Assembly (NCBI RefSeq): GCF_052425735.1
Contig: NC_135761.1
Span: 496,001-560,000, forward strand
Reading direction: 5' to 3'
Source: Oculina patagonica
Taxonomy: Eukaryota
Length of the DNA stretch: 64,000 nt
This document shows positions 50,138 to 64,000 of this stretch, piece after piece. Made by a program: the position numbers and the translations under genes. The notes below the pieces were generated by a model. The model saw only the letters and a list, made by a program, of their open reading frames with translations. It had not been told where the DNA came from and did not search any database. The number at the start of each line of letters is the position of its first letter. The first letter of the stretch is position 1.

Positions 50138-50410
50138 CGTCTTGGGCTAGAATAGATGACTTAACTGCAAGTTTTGCTTCTTCTTTCAATTCTTGATCAC
50201 TAAAACACAGACAAAGTCACAAAGTGGTTTAACTGCCCGCTATTTCGTTTGCAAACTATCATGGACAGTTAGCAAGTTGTTTATTCGTCGGCAAGGAACC
50301 ACTCAATTTGCATTTTTCGCATATAGGTCCCAGTTCCCCTTACACCATCAAATGACGCCTGGAGGAATTTAAAAAATTCTTCAACACAAAACTGACAAAA
50401 GGCACGTAGC

Positions 50411-52087
50411 ATGGGTGTCGAGGTTATTGTAGCCTTTTTAGTTGCAGTTTTTGTTAATGTGGTGATATTTACTCTCTGGAAGGGATACAAAGAAAGAAAG
50501 GAGCAGGAGGAGCGAAAAAAATGGTGGAAAGAAAATGTTATCTATCACATATATCCTCGCTCTTTCCAAGACTCCAATGGCGACGGAAATGGCGATTTAC
50601 GAGGGATAACAAACAGACTCGACTACTTTGAATTCTTGGGAATCAAGATCCTTTACTTAAGCCCGATTTTTAAATCACCCATGGTAGACAACGGGTATGA
50701 TGTGTCTGACTTCAAAAACATTGATCCCCTGTTTGGAGACCTGAATGACTTTGATGAACTTCTAAAAGAGGTCCATGCAAGAGGCATGAAACTCATGCTG
50801 GACTTCGTACCTAACCACACCTCAGATCAGCATCCCTGGTTCCTGGAAAGCCGCTCCAGTAAACACAGTCCTAAACGAGACTGGTACGTGTGGCTTGACC
50901 CTGCCCCAGGGGGTGGACCACCCAATAACTGGGTCAGCGTCTTTGGGGGAAGTGCATGGAACTATGATGCTAAAACAGGACAGTACTACTTGCATCAGTT
51001 TTTTCCAGAACAACCAGACCTCAACTTTAGAAATTTTGAGGTGCGTCAGGCTGTCAATGAGATTCTAATGTTCTGGCTTGATCGGGGAGTAGATGGGTTT
51101 AGAGTGGACGCAGTCTCGCATCTTGTTGAAGATTCTAAATTTCGAGATGAGCCCACCAAGTCTGAATACGACCCATTACACCCCCGGTATAGTCATTTGG
51201 AACATATTTACACCAAAGATGTGGGTTATAATCACAAAATTGTACGAGAGTGGAGAGCACTTCTAGATAAGTACAAAGACTCCTACAGAATTATTATCGG
51301 TGAAATCATGTCAGATCTTCCAGATGTTCTCAAGTATTATGGGGGATGGAAGAATGAGTTTGACTTCCCCTTCAACTTTGGGTTGTTTGGGTTATGCAAA
51401 TACACAACTGCAAAAGATGTATATAAAGTCATCTCTGATTACTTTGCTGCTCTTCCAAGGGGTAGATGGCCAAATTGGGTCCTGGGAAATCATGATATGC
51501 CCAGAATAGCCACTAAAGTTGGTCAAGAGTTCTGCCGTGCAGTGAATGTACTCCTTCTGACCCTCCCTGGAACAGCTGTCACTTATTATGGTGAAGAAAT
51601 TGGAATGGCAAATGCAAAAATCCCCTTAAGAAGCTGCAAAGATTTCAGAGATCCCCAGAGGTCACCCATGCAGTGGAGCAGTCAGCGGCATGCTGGGTTT
51701 TCTTCCGGAGCTAAACCATGGTTGCCAGTTGGAGAGAATGTTGAGACAGTCAATGTTGAGGCTCAGAAGTTAGATCCAACTTCTGTTCTACATCTGTATA
51801 AAGACCTACTGAGGTTAAGGTCTACATCGGAATGCTTCAAAGGAGTCAGTTTCAAAGTTGTTCATGTGGACCCTTCAATTCTTGCCTATACAAGGTCAGG
51901 ACAGCACTGCACGTTTCTCATTGTAATAAACTTTGGACATAATGAGAGTTGGAAGGGGCCACTAAATGGCATCACAGGTTCAGGAGTTGTTGAAATTGAC
52001 AGCGAGATGGCGATGAAAGGAACAAGTGTTCAATTTGATAGAATCACTCTCAATAAAGGACAGGCTCTTGTTATTAAGACAAAGTAG
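50411..52087 (+). CDS. GH13 alpha-glucosidase copy D, 558 aa, more divergent paralogue
   Basis: Intact triad; 6-aa N-terminal deletion; WVSVF vs WTSAF; IPLRSCKDFRD vs IPCNDFRD. Confidence 0.95.
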   Translation: MGVEVIVAFLVAVFVNVVIFTLWKGYKERKEQEERKKWWKENVIYHIYPRSFQDSNGDGNGDLRGITNRLDYFEFLGIKILYLSPIFKSPMVDNGYDVSDFKNIDPLFGDLNDFDELLKEVHARGMKLMLDFVPNHTSDQHPWFLESRSSKHSPKRDWYVWLDPAPGGGPPNNWVSVFGGSAWNYDAKTGQYYLHQFFPEQPDLNFRNFEVRQAVNEILMFWLDRGVDGFRVDAVSHLVEDSKFRDEPTKSEYDPLHPRYSHLEHIYTKDVGYNHKIVREWRALLDKYKDSYRIIIGEIMSDLPDVLKYYGGWKNEFDFPFNFGLFGLCKYTTAKDVYKVISDYFAALPRGRWPNWVLGNHDMPRIATKVGQEFCRAVNVLLLTLPGTAVTYYGEEIGMANAKIPLRSCKDFRDPQRSPMQWSSQRHAGFSSGAKPWLPVGENVETVNVEAQKLDPTSVLHLYKDLLRLRSTSECFKGVSFKVVHVDPSILAYTRSGQHCTFLIVINFGHNESWKGPLNGITGSGVVEIDSEMAMKGTSVQFDRITLNKGQALVIKTK

Positions 52088-52429
52088 ACACTTCTAGATA
52101 TAGTATCAAATAAACACAAAAAATCATGCTCTTGGCTGAGGAAGATATCAAACTATCTATTATTTTTGCCCCCAACCACATGCTATTCTTTTCGTGCATT
52201 AAAGCAGTACTTTGAAGGACAGTAAACAGATCTTGGTACTTGTACATTTATATTTATTGCATATTTTGTTCCCTAAGTTTTTATAAAAATACAAGCAATT
52301 ATTATCTTCATAGAATTCCCCTCTATCTAACTTCCTATCAATTCTTTATACAGTAGTTATTATTAAAGTTACAAGTCTGACCAAAAAAATAAACTGTAAA
52401 ACCTGTATATAGCTATGTGAATTGCATAA

Positions 52430-52573
52430 AAGATTTAAAGATTTTAATCGCCATTCTTTTTAGTTTTTAGGGTTGCGCCCTGCATGGGTTACTATTTTCC
52501 CGTTCTCGCAATTCCTTTTTGGTCCTTTTCTTTTCTTTTATTTGTAAATTTAAGACCAATAAAGTTGATAGAT
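52430..52573 (+). mobile_element. 5'-truncated non-LTR retroelement 3' end
   Basis: Absent at 17785 and 44891; cataa direct repeats; ends in aataaagttgatagat. Confidence 0.6.
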
Positions 52574-52860
52574 CATAAGTTTTTAAATAAAGACAATTCT
52601 TGAGTAGTTCTTATTGTAGCAACCAACCAGTTCATTTGGTTCATTCGGGTAATGTCCATGTACAATATCTAACTGCGCCTCTTTTTCACTTAAGTAAGTA
52701 AGTAAGTACTTTATTTAGACACATGTCACCAATGAGCCAGGGGCTCATTTAAAAGTGAACGTGTATTCTAAAAATTACAATGTAAAAAAAATTTAAATAT
52801 GATTATCTATTCAATAAAAATACATAAATTAGACTTCAATAAAGACAAAGTTTCCATGAG

Positions 52861-58236
<5,376 letters not shown>

Positions 58237-58768
58237 AGAGAAACCATCAACTTTAGTTTCTGTTAGCTGCACCTGTTAGTCAGGTCCGGTGGCCATTTTG
58301 TTTTGTTTGCCGACGGATCTGGCTTGGCTACCAAGCTGCAGATCGCGATTTTGCGGTTTTGTGTTTACAAAAGATTTGGGAATGTTGGGCGGTAGCTGAA
58401 TCATAACATCTTTATTTTGTGGCTGAAAATGCTAAAATACTGAAATAAAAAAAAAATCCCTTAAAAATGACTACATTACGAAATTTATACACTTTCTACT
58501 GTGGATTTCAGGCTTTTCCAGCGCGCTTATTTCAATAAGGCTCGGTTGCAAAGATCGGAAGAAGTCCGCTGACTGACATGCTTACTCAATGCTTTGACAT
58601 TTGGAGGGCCGGCTGGGCGTTTGCGAAATGTATTAATGGATTGATTTCGCTGCAAGTCACGCTTTTTCGGTGTGGTTTTCAGTCCGGGGCGAAATTCGAA
58701 AAGCGTAATGTGCTGGCTTTATTTCTTCTAAAACTCGACTGTGACCCCGCTTAAGAGGTCTATAAAGT
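58237..58768. promoter_or_regulatory. Bidirectional promoter region of METTL9 and TMEM64
   Basis: Divergent starts about 530 bp apart; CpG-richer; AAAATGGC (YY1-like) motif at about 58293-58299 on the minus strand. Confidence 0.6.
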
Positions 58769-61700
58769 ATGGTATTTAAGTATGGCCACAAATGTACTGA
58801 GCAGATCCAATCGCAAGCTCAAAAATGCCTCGGCGAAACTACGAAGTTCGACCAAGTCAGCAAAAGAACACAACCGAGAGCCTATCAGATCTCCGGCACA
58901 GCTCTAATCTTTCTCATTATTGGACTGATCGTGGTTATTTTGTGTCGCCGGTACGTAAGGGACGTCCTGGAATGGCTACAGAATCTGGATGAATGGCAGG
59001 GAATACTACTGTTTGTAATTATGTTCACGGTTGTCTCTTTTCCCATGACATGGGGGTACATTTTTTTAAACGTAGCAGCAGGCTACCTCTATGGATTTAT
59101 TCTTGGGTATATAGTTGTTATAGTCTCTGTGCTGTGTGGTGCGTCGAGTGCATTCATCGTTTGTAGGAGATATTTCCGAGACTTCGTTCGCTCGAAACTT
59201 GAATCAGACAGTTTAAAAGCGATCATGCGTGTCGTGGAGGGAAAGCGTGGTTTTAAAGTGATTGCATTAACACGGCTAACTCCAGTACCGTTTGGATTGC
59301 AAAATGGACTGTTTGCGGTAAGTTAATACCACAAAAAGCAATAAAGCTTACTATATTTCTATCACATGATAAGCAGTTTCCGATAGAGTATGTGTTTCTA
59401 CGTGTGCAGTCTTCATCGTAACAAACAGCTGGCTAAAAAATATCCCACAGTTTTTTTTGTCATTTAAGTTTAAGCTTACCTACTTTTAACATTTGTTTTT
59501 TGTATGTGCTACAATTTCAAGTGCTATTCGTCTTTTTTACGATTTTATTGTAAAATGGCAAATACTGTTTACACCTTCCCGCTAATTGTTCAAGCGTGCA
59601 TAATTTGACACTTAAGTAAGCTTGAATAATACCCGCGGGCTAGCCCACTCCCTTACAAAGAAATGGAAATTTATTCCTTTCCGCCCTAAAATAGTTTTCC
59701 TCAATACCTGAATTCCTAAACAAGCTCGACAGTTTTTTTCTTAATCGGAATGAAGGAGTAAATGAATAGATTTTTTGAGTGAGAGCAGTAAACAACCACT
59801 AAGTGGAGACACTAGTCAAGAGTGATTTCAGTTAACCCGTGAAATAGTTATTACACTTTTAGATACTATTAGACACTAATTCCATTGTTTTCTTTTGTTT
59901 TCGTTTGACTATTACACACAACCTGGTAGATATTGTTTCACAGGTTAAATGAAATCGCTCTATCTAGTAAAGCTAATACAAAATTTTAAAAATAGTTTGA
60001 AAAATTACTGTGGAATATTACATCTTCATACTAAAATTTAAAACAAGTTCAAAAATATTCAGAAAAAAAGTTATGAAAAAATTGTGTAAAAGATTTTGAA
60101 ACCAAAGTCCAAGCTTGTGACCTTTGTATTCTGAGATGGGGGGTAGGATAATAAGAACAGTGACAAATTACCTAACAGACCCCGCAGTATCTATAACATT
60201 AATCACATGTCAATTTTCTGGCAAAGGATCGATAGTAACAATTGAATAGCTTGATGCAAAACTATGCTAAGTGACTTTTAAGATGAAAAATCGTTTTTTC
60301 CTTCAATCGTGCCTGAATTTTTGCTCAAACGTGCCAGAATTTTTGCGTGTGGTCTTCGATTAAATAGAAAATCGTTGTCCTTTTGTTGAGGGGGGGGGGA
60401 ATGTATTCGCTCGCTCAAAAACGGGATCTGGAAATGAATTTCTTAAACTACTTTGTGACGTAAGCTTACGTTTGAATTATTTTGGCGCGCGAAGCCGAGG
60501 CAACGAGACTTTCAATCAGACCAGTTGAAAACTCACCTTACGCATTAGAAGTCCGCTTATTTTCGCTTATTTGACACATATTTACGCCCGTCTGGTGGTA
60601 AAAGGACATCATTAAGTCTGGAAACCCGTAAGCCACTAGCATATCTCAAAGAAGCGAGATGTGTTGCTGCCTGAAGATTGCTAAGCCCTGCCAAGACTGG
60701 CGGTAAACTTGGCTTTCGAAGGCGCATTGAGCCAGGCGAGGTCTAGAAGCAACTTCTGTTCCAAAAAACGTTATTTTCTCGAAGTTTCTCGAAGGCTCAT
60801 TTGCCTCGTGTTGCCGCGTTGAACGTTTGGAAATAAGGAGGTGCTTTTAGACTTATAAAAATTCTCTTAGATTTGGCGATAGGACTTCCCGTATTTCAGC
60901 TACTCAGGGATATCCCATAATAATCTTTAATGGATACGTCATTCGATACGCATTGTCACAATAAACAAAGTTCGTTCGGCACGGCAAAGACGGAAAACGC
61001 TCACTCAATCAACAGAGCACAACAGAATCGACAGAAAAGGATAATTTTTACCAAGCTAAGAAAAGCAACAAATTGCTTCATTTCGACAAAAAATAGCCCT
61101 AAGCTGCGATCCTTTCCAGGAATAAAAGGCCTGAATGTTTAAAAGAACGATCGTTGCTTGTGAGTCAAGATCAAATTGCGTTACACGTGACTACGGAGAG
61201 AAACTGGGGAAAAGCGAAAACATATTATGGATTAACCTTTAGCAGCCTAAATTTGCTGACTGAAAACGAAACATTGAACATTTGGCGAGTGCATTTGTGG
61301 TTAGAAGCTGGCGAGAGGAAAGGGCAACGGCGTAAGTCGTTTTTGTTTAAGGATTTCTCGTTCATTTTGCTATATATTTTTCACTTCTTTTCACTGTTCA
61401 GTCGCTCAAGTTTGTCGATCGGTCAAGTTCAATGTTTATATAACATTCGTGACACTTAACCCTAACCTTAACACTAGCTGACCCTAACTTTACTTTACTG
61501 TAACTGCTAAGTTTAATCCTCTTTCTCTCTTTGCCGCGTGTTATTGTTTTAAAGTGACCATAGTTCTAGTTTTTCTCGAAGACAAGGTGCAAACCAGAAA
61601 TTTTAATTCGAGGACAATGTTTTTCCATTAAATTGAAGACCACATGCAAAAATTTGGGCACGTTTGAAGGAAAAAAACGATTTTTCATCCTAAAAGTCAC

Positions 61701-62617
61701 TTAGCATAGTTTTGCATCAAGCTATTCAATTACAGGTTAAAAATTGTCTTATTACTATTGTGTAACTTCTTACATGTTTGTTTCCCTTGCAAATGTCCTC
61801 TTTTAAAACTTTTTTGTTAGGTAGAACCTGTAAAGATTATAACACACACACGCTGTGATTGGCTAATACACAAAACCAGATTTTCCTGTAATGTTCACAG
61901 GCATTGAGAGCCATATAATAAACTTCTCAAAACAAGATTTGTACAAGGAAGACCAGGACTATTCTGGAATAATGCCACCCTTGGTCTTTCTTGTATTATC
62001 CTTGTATTATCTTATTTTGCTAGGCCTTGAACCCAAAAGACCTCTGTTTATATTCTTCCTGTACAATGCGTTAGCTTGGTTAATAAGAAGTAATGATTAG
62101 CCATCACATCAAAGTGTAATTATCATTAAAAAAAAAAAAAATTATTTCCTTTTTCTTCCAGGTTACCAATGTGAGTGTTCCTAAATATATCATTTCCTCT
62201 ACACTTGGACTTTTACCTACGCAAGCATTAAATGCCTACATGGGATCAACATTTCGTTCTCTGGAGGATGTCGTACAAGAGCAGTCGGGTGGTTACATTT
62301 TACTGTTCATTCAATTCATAATCAGTATACTTTTGATGATGTACGTCATTCGCCGAGCAAGAAAAGAGTTAAATATAACTTGTGATGAGGTTGAACCAGA
62401 TGTCTTAGCAAATGGACATGTAGTAACAACTTTACCTGAGCACCTTCAACAAATTCCACTAGAAAAGAGCTTTGTGATGGATATTGATGTTGAAGCACAG
62501 TTAGAAGAAAAAGAATTTCTAGAAAGCAAAATGAAGAAAGGCCACAAAAGATCCAAGTCTGCATCGGCTGTGTTAATTGCAGTTAATGAAATTTCTAAAG
62601 GTCCTCAAACTCCTTAG
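58769..62617 (+). CDS. TMEM64: TMEM64 (DedA/VTT domain membrane protein), about 334 aa; exons 58769-59317 and 62162-62617
   Basis: VVSFPMTWGYIFLNVAAGYLYGF, KVIALTRLTPVPFGLQNGLFA|VTNV and GLLPTQALNAYMGST motifs. Confidence 0.93.
60240..61731. mobile_element. 1.5-kb non-autonomous TIR element in the TMEM64 intron
   Basis: Near-perfect TIR of about 75 bp: aattgaatagcttgatgcaaaactatgctaagtgactttta... Confidence 0.8.
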
Positions 62618-64000
62618 CCATAGTTTAAAAGGAGCTTGGCTGTGCTATGTTGGACAGTTCTGAACATTTTATACAACCTGCATCAGCTCGTCTTTAATTT
62701 AGGTGGAACCACACAATGGTCATACACCAAGGTTTCATCCACAGACCTGAAAAATAAAATACCTTCGTTGACTCTAGGTTCAAACTGGGTGAAAATGTGT
62801 GACAGTGCAGTCACACAATCACTAAATGTTTACTAATAGCCATTGAGCTTGAATCTCAGCACAGGCAAAAATGCCCGATATCCTCTATGGTGCACCCGCA
62901 GGGAATAATGGTAGTTGCATTCATCGTTGCTAAGTCGCGCACTTGGTTTGATGAATACAATTACCATAATTTCATGCAGGCGTGCGCCATCGGCATTGCC
63001 AAAAATTTGCACGGCATAGCACCTTTTAACATTTTTTTGTGTGGCATTGTTAAATGATTTTCTCTAGCCACTATACAAATTTATCCAAAACAGCACAAAA
63101 TCATTGTCATAGTCCCAAAATTGATAAATGTACATTTTGTTAACATACTGTACATTTAATAATATTTACTTAACTCTATACAATTTCCCATAGCTTATCA
63201 AGGGTGAAAGGGTACAGGGTAGTTTTATTTGAATATTATTTAAGAATTTTGAATATCAAACCACTCTCGGCTATTTGGTTTGGTGTACAGTAGATTTGTT
63301 ATTTCAATCAATACTGACAAATTTATATGTTAAAAACCTGAATCCTTGTGTTTGTCAGGCATATTTAATAAAACTGCTGCTACAAAGTGACATTAGCAAC
63401 ATTTAGATTGGACTATGAGTATGAGATTGTGCACGAGTACAAGTTTTCAAACCAAATTTGTGTGCCTCCTATAATCACTTATCACACCAATCTTATCCCT
63501 AACGTTTTTTTATGTGTCAGCAACAGGGAAGAGTTATTTCGGGAGATACAATAGCGTCAAAATTCCAAAGTTGTACTTGTACTCGATCTCGTACTCATAG
63601 TCAAATCTAAAGGTCGCTATTATTTAGACAGAAAGCTATCTGTGAAACTAACATTACTTGTATTAATTTTACAAATCATGTAATCTATAGGACGTTTGTT
63701 TGTAGTGGCACTGTTAGCATTGTTGAACCAAGTAGTATTTTAATTTTTTTTGTTTGAGGTTTAATGATTGAGGCAGAGAACAAGTTTTGATATTTTATTA
63801 CAGTTTATTCATTATATAGGAATCCTATAATACCCCAATTACTTTTATATTTTATTATTGTTATTAAACTTGATTCAGTGAACATATCTTATCATTGAGA
63901 AATCTATTATAAATCTAACCTAGCTTTTTTTTTGGAAAAAATGTATCAAATTATTACCAATATACAGAAATATCAAGACTGCAGTTAGTCAAACAAAAAA

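Overview
Eukaryotic, AT-rich, intron-containing animal DNA. The SINE/MITE families and gene style suggest a cnidarian, probably a stony coral (inference). Host genes, left to right: 5' exons of glutathione synthetase (-); a PI-PLC X-domain protein with Cys-rich N-terminal repeats (-); a 5-exon coiled-coil gene (-) head-to-head with an intronless membrane-anchored GH13 alpha-glucosidase (+); METTL9 (-) head-to-head with TMEM64 (+). The 13-55 kb interval is a nested tandem duplication with four GH13 copies (three intact, one pseudogene), four coiled-coil first exons and two dead 3' METTL9 fragments. Paired filled and empty sites allow several target-site duplications (TSDs) to be read directly. 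The most striking element is a Polinton/Maverick (adintovirus-like) endogenous virus at 27000-32672. It has AGTAGT...ACTACT termini, a 5-bp TSD and an empty site at 14131. It carries an apparently intact one-strand virion module: major capsid protein, adenain protease, packaging ATPase, three basic proteins with recurring Q-x-G-(G/S) motifs, an orphan ORF and a candidate 24-aa micro-ORF. Polymerase and integrase are not visible, but a 500-N gap interrupts the element. Also present: an Academ-like derivative, Kolobok-like and hAT-like MITEs, SINEs, and a minimal Penelope-type hammerhead ribozyme. Exon boundaries were read by eye.
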